In this document: in pieces, positions 35,679-62,578 of the stretch | Position numbering within the stretch: the stretch's first letter is position 1 | How the letters are laid out: the number at the start of each line of letters is the position of its first letter | Source of the DNA: Macrostomum lignano | Lineage: Eukaryota | Reading direction: 5' to 3' | NCBI GenBank assembly: GCA_002269645.1 | Contig: NIVC01002560.1 | Location: forward strand, 1 to 64,000 | DNA length: 64,000 nt | Notes under the pieces: model-generated | The model's database searches: none | What the model was told of the DNA's origin: nothing | What the model saw: only the letters and a program-made list of their open reading frames with translations | Program-made: the position numbers and the translations under genes

Positions 35679-37018
35679 CCGCGATTCGACCCGTCCTAAA
35701 ATTCCGCATCTTCAGGTTGGAAATTCTGCTTTAATTGTATCTTTGCATGAGGTGACGACCTGATGTGGCGGCTACCTGATGTGGCTATCTACGTATTTTA
35801 TCTCTGGTGCGATTTTCAGCGTAATTTACATTTATCTCCCAGGTGCATTTGATGATAGTCAAAGAATGCTTTTTCGCACAGCTAAAGTAAACTATAATGA
35901 AAATATCTTTAGTTTAGCGCGAATGTTCTCATACATAGTGTATATTACCTTGAGCATCGAATAATTCAGTAGGAACTTTTCGTTTAAATTATTAAACAGA
36001 GAATTTACAAGCTAAAAATTGTCTTTTGGTCTTATTGTTTTACCTGCTTTGTCGAAATATGAGTGCTTCAAAAATTCAAAGGCAGCATTCAATCTTTTTC
36101 AAAGATTGACGAGCGTCAATTTAACTAACACAATTATTCATAAGATAGGAAGTATTTTATATAGGTTAATTTACTATTCATAATTTTATTGAAAAATCCA
36201 ACTCTTTATTCTCTACGAATTTTCTGATATTCATCAGAATTCGAAATATTTTATCAGGAAAACATCGGCTTCCAAAGGTACAATTAATGCATGTACATAT
36301 TAAAATAATTTAATTTAGTTAAGTTTTAGGTTTCATAATATTTTTAAAGATAGCTACTTTATAAAGCACCAGCTTCATTTCATGACAATATTATTTTTAG
36401 CTATTTTGCCTTGCGTTTTATTGCTACAGATATGAAATTAGGTAATTTAGGTAAATAATGCTTCTTCAAGCACAAAAAACGTCATTCAGTTAAAGTTATT
36501 CAACGTCTTTGAATAACTCTGCATAAAAGGATGTAAGTTATTTTTTATTTAGTTATTTTATTTAGTGGCTATTAATTCTTGAAAATTAGCTAGCGTCTAA
36601 AAAAAGAAGCACAATACTTGCTTTCGTGAGTTTACGCTCGTATCAGGGCAGTGTTTTCCACTTATTTTCGTTAAAAACGATCTTTCTCGAAAATATGTTT
36701 TCGCGCGAATTTAAAAGCTTTAAGTTTGTACGAAATCTTAAACTTGACTCGTGCTGCCTAGAAAATATAGCTGTTTCATTAGCTGGTTGTTTTTTTTCGA
36801 ATTTATGAAACGATATACGTATATACCAGAGCAATTGTATTCTATAGAAACTCTACTCAGATATATCTACTATTTAGCTAGAAACACGCAGAGTATCAAA
36901 AAAGAAAAACAGAACAAGAAATTAAGACATTTTTGTTAACTCCTGAAACTACTTTTGAAAACCTATTTAAGATTATTTATCAGCTCGAGAAGAGTCAAAA
37001 ACATTTCACTTTCAAGTC

Positions 37019-51576
<14,558 letters not shown>

Positions 51577-51653
51577 CACCGGGCGCTGTGAGCCCCCGAG
51601 CTCATTGTGGATGTCTGACATGCTACACTGGATGAGGGGCTCGCGGCGGTGGG

Positions 51654-51944
51654 TGTTTAAAGCAGTGTATAAAGCAGTGTTTAGGGCAGTGCTTAAGGCA
51701 GTGTTTAAAGCAGTGTATAAAGCAGTGTTTAGGGCAGTGCTTAAGGCAGTGTTTAAGGCAGTGTTTAAGGCAGTGTCTAAAGCAGTGTTTAGGGCAGTGT
51801 CTAAAGCAGTGTTTAGGGCAGTGTTTAAGGCAGTGTTTAAGGCAGTGTCTAAAGCAGTGTTTAGGGCAGTGTTTAAGGCAGTGTTTAAGGCAGTGTTTAA
51901 GGCAGTGTCTAAAGCAGTGTTTAGGGCTGTGTTTAAGGCAGTGT
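51654..51944. repeat. 12-bp tandem repeat (AAGGCAGTGTTT variants)
   Basis: About 24 copies just 3' of the PKC stop. Confidence 0.93.
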
Positions 51945-52465
51945 AGGTCTCGAGAAAAAACGACCGCTACTGGGTTGAAGTTCTTGCAGTTCCATATTTT
52001 CTATGAAAACTTGTCACAAATAGAGGATATTATATTATTGTACTTGTATAGATTTTGGTAAATTATAATTGTGAGGCACCTCTGACTCTGTGTGTGAATG
52101 TAAACTGCGTAAATTGCATTATTGTTTATTGCTGTCAGCGAATGTCGTCGGTAACCATAGCAGCCAGACTTGATGAGTCGGATTGCCCAAACCTACTCGA
52201 ATATGATTCCTCTCCAGTGTCTACACCTGCATTTTGACCGCACATAAATGTTATCAGAATTGCTTGGCTGCGCTGCTGCTGGGCGTAAAAACCCTGAGTC
52301 CCCGCACACCTTGACAAGGCCTCAGTTCCTGCTTGCTTAATACGCCTGAAGTGTTAAATAATAACCTTGTCAGCATGTTGAATGCTTGAAGTTCAATGCG
52401 CACTTTTCCGAGTTCTCTGGATTTCTTCTTGTTGAATTGAGCAAATTTTAAATTTGCGCATGCAT

Positions 52466-52638
52466 CTACCGCTCCATCTACAGTACTGCTCTATCTGCCG
52501 CTCTATCTACCGCTCTATCTACCACTCTATCTACAGTACTGCTCTATCTGCCGCTCTATCTACCGCTCTATCTACAGTACTGCTCTATCTGCCGCTCTAT
52601 CTACCGCTCTATCTACCGCACTATCTGCTGCTCCATCT
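52466..52638. repeat. 12-bp-based repeat (CTACCGCTCTAT variants)
   Basis: Direct reading. Confidence 0.85.
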
Positions 52639-52713
52639 ACCGCTCTATCTACCGCTCCAAGTATGAAATCTATACATCTAGACTGCAGTATTAAAGAGGG
52701 TCGCTGAGATAAG

Positions 52714-52781
52714 GGGTGCTGCAGGGTGTTGGGGGGTGCTGCAGGGTGTTGGGGGTGCTGCAGGGTGTTGGGGGGGTGCTG
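52714..52781. repeat. ~19-bp repeat (GGGGTGCTGCAGGGTGTTG) x~3
   Basis: Direct reading. Confidence 0.8.
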
Positions 52782-52956
52782 AGTGTACACTCACCCGCAC
52801 AGCCAGCACAATGCGAGCCTGACAATGAAGCGCGCACAATGGCTGGGCAGAGTGGATTTTGTAGTGGGTTGGGCTGCAATAGAATGTTACAAAGTTGTGC
52901 AAATGAACAGCGAATCTATACATGCGTTGCTGAGGCCAAACTTACCTTTAGCACCT

Positions 52957-53511
52957 CCGACATCAGCTTACCTGAGCAGCTCCGACATCAGCTTACCTGA
53001 GCAGCTCCGACATCAGCTTACCTGAGCAGCTCCGACATCAGTTTACCTGAGCAGCTCCGACATCAGCTTACCTTTGAGCAGCTCCGACATCAGCTTACCT
53101 GAGCAGCTCCGACATCAGCTTACCTTTGAGCAGCTCTGACATCAGCTTACCTTTGAGCAGCTCTGACATCAGCTTACCTTTGAGCAGCTCCGACATCAGC
53201 TTACCTTTGAGCAGCTCCGACATCAGCTTACCTTTGAGCAGCTCCGACATCAGCTTAACTTTGAGCAGCTCCGACATCAGCTTACCTTTGAGCAGCTCTG
53301 ACATCAGCTTACCTTTGAGCAGCTCCGACATCAGCTTACCTGAGCAGCTCCGACATCAGCTTAACTTTGAGCAGCTCCGACATCAGTTTACCTGAGCAGC
53401 TCCGACATCAGCTTAACTTTGAGCAGCTCCGACATCAGCTTACCTTTGAGCAGCTCCGACATCAGCTTACCTGAGCAGCTCCGACATCAGCTTACCTGAG
53501 TAGCTCCGACC
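52957..53511. repeat. 25/27-bp tandem repeat (GAGCAGCTCCGACATCAGCTTACCT[TT])
   Basis: About 21 copies. Confidence 0.94.
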
Positions 53512-53630
53512 TGAGTCGCAATTCGCTACATTGCGTCTATCGCTTCAGATTTGTCTTTGGCATCACAGCGCTGACGGTAAGAGGAGCAAAAATTGTCAGC
53601 GACAATCGACTGCTGACTATTTAAGTTCGG

Positions 53631-54333
53631 CTTAGGGTTAGGGTTTAGGTTTAGGGTTAGTAAGGTTAGGGTTTAGGTTTAGGGTTAGTAAGGTTAGGGT
53701 TTAGGTTTAGGGTTAGTAAGGTTAGGGTTTAGGTTTAGGGTTAGTAAGATTAGGGTTTAGGTTTAGGGTTAGTAATGTTAGGGTTTAGGTTTAGGGTTAG
53801 TAAGGTTAGGGTTTAGGTTTAGGGTTAGTAAGGTTAGGGTTTAGGTTTAGGGTTAGTAAGGTTAGGGTTTAGGTTTAGGGTTAGTAAGGTTAGGGTTTAG
53901 GTTTAGGGTTAGTAAGGTTAGGGTTTAGGTTTAGGGTTAGTAAGGTTAGGGTTTAGGTTTAGGGTTAGTAAGGTTAGGGTTTAGGTTTAGGGTTAGTAAG
54001 GTTAGGGTTTAGGTTTAGGGTTAGTAAGGTTAGGGTTTAGGTTTAGGGTTAGTAAGGTTAGGGTTTAGATTTAGGGTTAGTAAGGTTAGGGTTTAGGTTT
54101 AGGGTTAGTAAGGTTAGGGTTTAGGTTTAGGGTTAGTAAGGTTAGGGTTTAGGTTTAGGGTTAGTAAGGTTAGGGTTTAGATTTAGGGTTAGTAAGGTTA
54201 GGGTTTAGGTTTAGGGTTAGTAAGGTTAGGGTTTAGGTTTAGGGTTAGTAAGGTTAGGGTTTAGGTTTAGGGTTAGTAAGGTTAGGGTTTAGATTTAGGC
54301 TAGGTTAGGGTTAGGGTTAAAGTTAGGGTTAGG
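53631..54333. repeat. Telomere-derived 28-bp satellite (GTTAGGGTTTAGGTTTAGGGTTAGTAAG) x~24 with plain TTAGGG at both ends
   Basis: Direct reading; lies in GT32 intron 53577-54698. Confidence 0.95.
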
Positions 54334-55637
54334 CGGTCGATTTGCGGCAGTCAATTGTTGGAGATTCAGTGGTAAGCAGCTGGGGCTCTTCCTCCGCCTG
54401 AAGGCTAAGTATTTTACTTAGTTTGCTCACAGAAAACTCATTGAATGCTGACTATACTCATTGAGCTGGGCTCAGTAATGAGTAGCGGGTTCCTGTAAAG
54501 AATTTCAATAAACGCCCTACATTCTGAGCACTGTAGCAGGACTTAAACTACTGTTCACCAGTAGGCCAGTAGGGTCTGCAATATTATGCAAATGGCACTA
54601 GGGGCGTGCAGTGGTGTTCAACCAACACCAGGGGAAGAATACTAACTACTGCGAGTAGCCAGTCTGGGTTGGTTTAAACGCCGCTTATCCTGCGTCAGGC
54701 CGTGCTGCTGGTTGCATCCGAGCTGCTCTGGCAGCCAAGCAAGCCACGACTTCAGAGTGGCAGCGCGAAGGTCGATCAGGAGCCTCGGTATGGAGCGATA
54801 CCGAAGATCCTTCACCAGACCTTCGAGACTCGGAAGGTGTTCAACGAGTACAGGAAGTACATTGAGCACTGAACCCCGACTGGGAGTACTACCTGTGGAC
54901 GGAGGAGGACATTGTGGCTTTCATCAGCGAATATTACCCGTTCTTCATGCGGAAGTACCTCTCATTCCGGATGCACGTGCAGCGAGGAGACAGCATCCGC
55001 TATATGGTTCTGCATCACTTCGGAGGTGGGTAAAGCATCCTGCTTTCGAATGCTTCGAACCTCCAATCACTATGAAAAAGTTAAATTTAGTCCATCGAAA
55101 TGACATTGAATACATATAAAGGTCATTGTTTCAGGTATTGAGATCAGTATGGGTTGGTGCGAGCTAGAGCCACTGCTCTACTACAGTAAGAATCTGGGAG
55201 GAGTTCGTTTCGCACTAATGTACAGAAGTGTCCATTCCAGGCATCTACATCGACATGGACGTCGAGTGCGCGAAGCCGTTCTTCCCGAGCCTCGAAAACC
55301 TCACGGCCTTCGTGGACCAGGAGGCCAAGGAGCACGCTGTGATTCTCTACGGCAAGGACTTCAGCGCCATGAACAGCGCCATGGGATCCGTGCCCGGACA
55401 CCCGTTCTTCCTGCGTCTCGTGTTCGCCATGATGGAAGTGGACGACAAGACGGGAGGCGCCGGCCCGACCACGGGTCCCGACCTGCTCACCAGCCAGCTG
55501 CAGAGCTGGTGGACAGACAACGCCACCAGGAGGCACGAGGTGACGCTGCTGCTGATTGACGACGCGCTTCATGACTACAGAAAATTGTGCAAACAAGTTC
55601 ATGAAAGTAAGGGCTTCTGAACGGCCTGTTCAGGTGT

Positions 55638-55931
55638 CCTGATATCCCAGTGCTCAGACACACTAACTGATATCCCAGTACTCAGACACACTAACTGATA
55701 TCCCAGTGCTCAGACACACTAACTGATATCCCAGTTCTCAGACACACTAACTGATATCCCAGTGCTCAGACACACTAATTGATATCCCAGTGCTCAGACA
55801 CACTAATTGATATCCCAGTGCTCAGACACACTAATTGATATCCCAGTGCTCAGACACACTAACTGATATCCCAGTGCTCAGACACACTAATTGATATCCC
55901 AGTGCTCAGACACTAACTGATATCCCAGTGT
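55638..55931. repeat. 28-bp intronic repeat (GATATCCCAGTGCTCAGACACACTAACT) x~10
   Basis: Direct reading. Confidence 0.93.
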
Positions 55932-56017
55932 TCATATTAAACTCCAATTGATGACCCTTCTGTAGCCTGCAGTGATTTGCGAAGATCCTCTAAGGGATGT
56001 CAGCTGGAGCTGCAACG

Positions 56018-56204
56018 ACCTGGTGTTAGCGAGTGCATGACTCAGCCTGGTGTCAGCGAGTGCATGACTCAGCCTGGTGTCAGCGAGTGCATGACTCAGC
56101 CTGGTGTCAGCGAGTGCATGACTCAGCCTGGTGTCAGCGAGTGCATGACTCAGCCTGGTGTCAGCGAGTGCATGACTCAGCCTGGTGTCAGCGAGTGCAT
56201 GACT
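56018..56204. repeat. 27-bp repeat (CCTGGTGTCAGCGAGTGCATGACTCAG) x~7
   Basis: Direct reading. Confidence 0.93.
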
Positions 56205-57137
56205 CTGCTGGACAATTCTCTTAATAAATTTTAATAAAAAATAAAAAAAAAAATTTTCAGGCCGGAAAATCCCCAGCGTGAAAAACTGGTCGGGAAAATT
56301 TTCGTACTCCAGTTTCGGGAATTTTTCCGTGAATCATCTGGGAAATTCCTCAGTGTGTGCTTGTTGTAAATGGTTGCGTCACTCGCGATATCAGTTTTAC
56401 ACTGATTTAATCTGGTAAACCAACGCAGTTACCATGGAGCTCAATCATTTCAGCTGCCTCCATCCCAGCACCAGGCGCAGCGGCTCAGCGGCTGCACGAC
56501 AGGCGGCTGCAGCTGTGCAGGCGGTACGCGGAGCGCAACTGGAAGCACGACCTGACGGGCCCGGAAACCGTGGGCCGCCACCTCGTCCTGCACCTCGGCT
56601 GCAGGTGGAGCGGTTGGAAAGAATTGAAGCGAAAGTTCCTTCACGACTACTTCAACTACTTCGACATCAGAGAGGTGGTCAAAATGTGAAATTCTATTCC
56701 CAGAAAAGGAGCTCTCGGGAACGGCACATGAGGGCAGATGGCAGCATAAATAAATGCCTGAGAATTCCCATCTCATGCCCTGAGCCGATCCAATGCTTTG
56801 AAGAATATTCTATCATATAAACTGAGCTTTTAGGGGCTTGTGGTCATCGAAATTTTGTTTCAATGACGATTTTTGCCTCCGAGCCTTTTGCTTTCTGTTG
56901 CTGATTTCTAAGTAATTATAAGAACGCTACACTCGATTTTCTTAGAAACCAACTGGCGCCGGTAAAAATATTTGTTATATCACTACAACTTTTTGCGTTC
57001 AGTTTTGAACTTGGAGCAATCAAAATTGACATATCGCCTTTCAATTATTAATATTTCAGAATGATTACTTATAGCTCAATACCGAAATATATTGAAAATT
57101 GTCTTTATTGTTCGGTCCTTGTCAAATTTGCTTGCGA

Positions 57138-60100
57138 GCTTGTCAACTTGAATGCCAACTGTCACTATTGAAATGAAGCTTGTCAAATTGAATGCCAATT
57201 GTCACTATTGAAATGAAGCTTGTCAAATTGGATGCCAATTGTCACTATTGAAATGAAGGTTGTCAACTTGAATGCCAACTGTCACTATTGAAATGAAGGT
57301 TGTCAACTTGAATGCCAACTGTCACTATTGAAATGAAGATTGTCAACTTGAATGCCAACTGTCACTATTGAAATGAAGCTTGTCAACTTGAATGCCAACT
57401 GTCATTATTGAAATGAAGGTTGTCAAATTGAATGCCAATTGTCATTATTGAAATGAAGCTTGTCAAATTGAATGCCAACTGTCACAATTGAAATGAAGCT
57501 TGTCAACTTGAATGCCAACTGTCATTATTGAAATGAAGCTTGTCAAATTGAATGCCAACTGTCATTATTGAAATGAAGGTTGTCAAATTGAATGCCAATT
57601 GTCATTATTGAAATGAAGATTGTCAACTTGAATGCCAATTGTCATTATTGAAATGAAGGTTGTCAAATTGAATGCCAACTGTCATTATTGAAATGAAGCT
57701 TGTCAAATTGAATGCCAATTGTCATTATTGAAATGAAGGTTGTCAAATTGAATGCCAATCGTCACTATTGAAATGAAGCTTGTCAAATTGAATGCCAACT
57801 GTCATTATTGAAATGAAGGTTGTCAAATTGAATGCCAACTGTCATTATTGAAATGAAGGTTGTCAAATTGAATGCCAACTGTCATTATTGAAATGAAGCT
57901 TGTCAAATTGAATGCCAATTGTCATTATTGAAATGAAGGTTGTCAAATTGAATGCCAACTGTCACTAGCTATTGAAATGAAGGTTGTCAAATTGAATGCC
58001 AATCGTCACTATTGAAATGAAGCTTGTCAAATTGAATGCCAACTGTCATTATTGAAATGAAGGTTGTCAAATTGAATGCCAACTGTCACTAGCTATTGAA
58101 ATGAAGGTTGTCAAATTGAATGCCAATCGTCACTATTGAAATGAAGCTTGTCAAATTGAATGCCAACTGTCATTATTGAAATGAAGGTTGTCAAATTGAA
58201 TGCCAACTGTCACTAGCTATTGAAATGAAGGTTGTCAACTTGAATGCCAACTGTCACTATTGAAATGAAGCTTGTCAAATTGAATGCCAATTGTCACTAT
58301 TGAAATGAAGCTTGTCAAATTGGATGCCAATTGTCACTATTGAAATGAAGGTTGTCAACTTGAATGCCAACTGTCACTATTGAAATGAAGGTTGTCAACT
58401 TGAATGCCAACTGTCACTATTGAAATGAAGATTGTCAACTTGAATGCCAACTGTCACTATTGAAATGAAGCTTGTCAACTTGAATGCCAACTGTCATTAT
58501 TGAAATGAAGGTTGTCAAATTGAATGCCAATTGTCATTATTGAAATGAAGCTTGTCAAATTGAATGCCAACTGTCACAATTGAAATGAAGCTTGTCAACT
58601 TGAATGCCAACTGTCATTATTGAAATGAAGCTTGTCAAATTGAATGCCAACTGTCATTATTGAAATGAAGGTTGTCAAATTGAATGCCAATTGTCATTAT
58701 TGAAATGAAGATTGTCAACTTGAATGCCAATTGTCATTATTGAAATGAAGGTTGTCAAATTGAATGCCAACTGTCATTATTGAAATGAAGCTTGTCAAAT
58801 TGAATGCCAATTGTCATTATTGAAATGAAGGTTGTCAAATTGAATGCCAATCGTCACTATTGAAATGAAGCTTGTCAAATTGAATGCCAACTGTCATTAT
58901 TGAAATGAAGGTTGTCAAATTGAATGCCAACTGTCATTATTGAAATGAAGGTTGTCAAATTGAATGCCAACTGTCATTATTGAAATGAAGCTTGTCAAAT
59001 TGAATGCCAATTGTCATTATTGAAATGAAGGTTGTCAAATTGAATGCCAACTGTCACTAGCTATTGAAATGAAGGTTGTCAAATTGAATGCCAATCGTCA
59101 CTATTGAAATGAAGCTTGTCAAATTGAATGCCAACTGTCATTATTGAAATGAAGGTTGTCAAATTGAATGCCAACTGTCACTAGCTATTGAAATGAAGGT
59201 TGTCAAATTGAATGCCAATCGTCACTATTGAAATGAAGCTTGTCAAATTGAATGCCAACTGTCATTATTGAAATGAAGGTTGTCAAATTGAATGCCAACT
59301 GTCACTAGCTATTGAAATGAAGGTTGTCAAATTGAATGACAATCGTCACTATTGAAATGAAGGTTGTCAAATTGAATGCCAATTGTCATTATTGAAATGA
59401 AGATTGTCAACTTGAATGCCAACTGTCATTATTGAAATGAAGGTTGTCAAATTGAATGCCAATTGTCATTATTGAAATGAAAATTGTCAACTTGAATGCC
59501 AATTGTCAATTTTGAAATGAAGGTTGTCAAATTGAATGCCAACTGTCATTATTGAAATGAAGCTTGTCAACTTGAATGCCAATCGTCACAATTGAAATGA
59601 AGCTTGTCAACTTGAATGCCAACTGTCATTATTGAAATGAAGGTTGTCAAATTGAATGCCAATTGTCATTATTGAAATGAAGATTGTCAACTTGAATGCC
59701 AATCGTCATTATTGAAATGAAGGTTGTCAAATTGAATGCCAATTGTCATTATTGAAATGAAGGTTGTCAAATTGAATGCCAATTGTCATTATTGAAATGA
59801 AGGTTGTCAAATTGAATGCCAACTGTCATTATTGAAATGAAGGTTGTCAAATTGAATGCCAACTGTCATTATTGAAATGAAGCTTGTCAAATTGAATGCC
59901 AATCGTCACAATTGAAATGAAGCTTGTCAACTTGAATGCCAACTGTCACAATTGAAATGAAGCTTGTCAACTTGAATGCCAATTGTCACAATTGAAATGA
60001 AGCTTGTCAACTTGAATGCCAATCGTCACAATTGAAATGAAGCTTGTCAAATTGAATGCCAATCGTCACAATTGAAATGAAGCTTGTCAACTTGAATGCC

Positions 60101-62000
60101 AATTGTCATTATTGAAATGAAGGTTGTCAACTTGAATGCCAACTGTCACAATTGAAATGAAGCTTGTCAACTTGAATGCCAATTGTCACAATTGAAATGA
60201 AGCTTGTCAACTTGAATGCCAACTGTCACAATTGAAATGAAGCTTGTCAACTTGAATGCCAATTGTCACAATTGAAATGAAGCCTGTCAACTTGAATGCC
60301 AATTGTCATTATTGAAATGAAGGTTGTCAAATTGAATGCCAACTGTCACTAGCTATTGAAATGAAGGTTGTCAACTTGAATGCCAATCGTCACTATTGAA
60401 ATGAAGGTTGTCAAATTGAATGCCAACTGTCACTAGCTATTGAAATGAAGCTTGTCAACTTGAATGACAATCGTCACTATTGAAATGAAGCTTGTCAAAT
60501 TGAATGCCAATCGTCACAATTGAAATGAAGCTTGTCAAATTGAATGCCAATTGTCATTATTGAAATGAAGGTTGTCAACTTGAATGCCAACTGTCACAAT
60601 TGAAATGAAGCTTGTCAACTTGAATGCCAATTGTCACAATTGAAATGAAGCTTGTCAAATTGAATGCCAATTGTCACAATTGAAATGAAGGTTGTCAAAT
60701 TGAATGCCAATTGTCATTATTGAAATGAAGGTTGTCAACTTGAATGCCAACTGTCACAATTGAAATGAAGCTTGTCAACTTGAATGCCAATTGTCACAAT
60801 TGAAATGAAGCTTGTCAACTTGAATGCCAACTGTCACAATTGAAATGAAGCTTGTCAACTTGAATGCCAATTGTCACAATTGAAATGAAGCCTGTCAACT
60901 TGAATGCCAATTGTCATTATTGAAATGAAGGTTGTCAAATTGAATGCCAACTGTCACTAGCTATTGAAATGAAGGTTGTCAACTTGAATGCCAATCGTCA
61001 CTATTGAAATGAAGGTTGTCAAATTGAATGCCAACTGTCACTAGCTATTGAAATGAAGCTTGTCAACTTGAATGACAATCGTCACTATTGAAATGAAGCT
61101 TGTCAAATTGAATGCCAATCGTCACAATTGAAATGAAGCTTGTCAAATTGAATGCCAATTGTCATTATTGAAATGAAGGTTGTCAACTTGAATGCCAACT
61201 GTCACAATTGAAATGAAGCTTGTCAACTTGAATGCCAATTGTCACAATTGAAATGAAGCTTGTCAAATTGAATGCCAATTGTCACAATTGAAATGAAGGT
61301 TGTCAAATTGAATGCCAATTGTCATTATTGAAATGAAGGTTGTCAACTTGAATGCCAACTGTCACAATTGAAATGAAGCTTGTCAACTTGAATGCCAATT
61401 GTCACAATTGAAATGAAGCTTGTCAACTTGAATGCCAACTGTCACAATTGAAATGAAGCTTGTCAACTTGAATGCCAATTGTCACAATTGAAATGAAGCT
61501 TGTCAACTTGAATGCCAATTGTCATTATTGAAATGAAGGTTGTCAAATTGAATGCCAACTGTCACTAGCTATTGAAATGAAGGTTGTCAAATTGAATGCC
61601 AACTGTCACTAGCTATTGAAATGAAGGTTGTCAAATTGAATGCCAACTGTCACTAGCTATTGAAATGAAGCTTGTCAAATTGAATGCCAATCGTCACAAT
61701 TGAAATGAAGCTTGTCAACTTGAATGCCAATCGTCACAATTGAAATGAAGCTTGTCAACTTGAATGCCAATCGTCACAATTGAAATGAAGCTTGTCAAAT
61801 TGAATGCCAATCGTCACAATTGAAATGAAGCTTGTCAACTTGAATGCCAATCGTCACAATTGAAATGAAGCTTGTCAACTTGAATGCCAATCGTCACTAT
61901 TGAAATGAAGCTTGTCAAATTGAATGCCAATTGTCACAATTGAAATGAAGCTTGTCAACTTGAATGCCAATCGTCACTATTGAAATGAAGCTTGTCAAAT
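57138..62000. repeat. 4.9-kb satellite, 40-bp unit (TTGTCAAATTGAATGCCAACTGTCACTATTGAAATGAAGC) with 44-bp +AGCT variants and higher-order duplications
   Basis: About 120 contiguous monomers; no unique spacers. Confidence 0.97.
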
Positions 62001-62181
62001 CTGATTCAGTGCTACTAAAACTGTCGAAATTGAATGTTGATTTATCAATTTTAATTACCCTTAGTTCAAGGCTAAACGCAAAAAGGTGTAGTGAATTGAC
62101 AGCCAAGCCATCACCCGGAGAACTCGTAAGAGTCAACCACTCCATTCCTAACGCTCTGGACGAGTAAAGGTGACAGGTGCT

Positions 62182-62354
62182 TGTAGTAACTGAGTCAGAG
62201 GCCGTGTTTGCTGTGTAGCCAAACTCTTACAAATCTCGCCGCGCTGGGCACGCGTCTATATATTATGGAGTTAGAATTGGGGTGGCGGCACCCACCCCAC
62301 TCCGCAGCCAATCAGACTGCCCGGGCGTACCATACTGTGCGTACGCACACTACA
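62182..62354 (-). mobile_element. Candidate 3' LTR of the Gypsy element
   Basis: Minus strand: polypurine tract GAAAGGGGAGAGA (62367-62355) immediately followed by TGTAGT...; matching ...ACTACA at 62187-62182 (alternative end ...GGCTACA at 62214). Confidence 0.55.
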
Positions 62355-62578
62355 TCTCTCCCCTTTCGAATAGAGACTGAGAGAGAAGAAAATCGATCTA
62401 CGCGTAACTCGAAAATACAAAGTTCAAAAGATTCACCGATGATGCGCATTGAAAATGGAGATTAAAATATTGAGGAAATAAAATATTTGAATTGAATTTA
62501 GCAAAAACGTAAAAAACTTCAGTCCGCATATTACGGAAAAGAAAGTCAGTTAATTTCAGTCATTGCAGGATTTCAAAT

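Larger units (their letters stand above)
53549..56689 (+). pseudogene. GT32 DxD glycosyltransferase (SUR1/CSH1/OCH1-type), type II membrane protein, frameshifted
   Basis: Exon 53549-53576 (FVFGITALT) joins 54699-55025 (AVLLVAS...IPKILHQTF...[frameshift ~54868]...LNPDWEYYLWTEED...YP.F...QRGDSIRYMVLHHFGG), then 55241-55606 (GIYIDMDVEC...PGHPF...TGPDLLT). Putative last exons ~55966-56021 and ~56452-56689 are less certain; first exon not found. Confidence 0.7.

Noticed and set aside
29620-35709. Antisense and alternate-frame ORFs overlapping the LINE, tubulin and other GC-rich exons
   Set aside because: These are expected shadow ORFs of high-GC3 coding sequence with no independent motifs
57138-62000. 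CRISPR-like appearance of regularly spaced ~40-bp repeats (also 29105-29240 and 55638-55931)
   Set aside because: Units are contiguous with no unique spacers, no cas genes are present, and the context is eukaryotic
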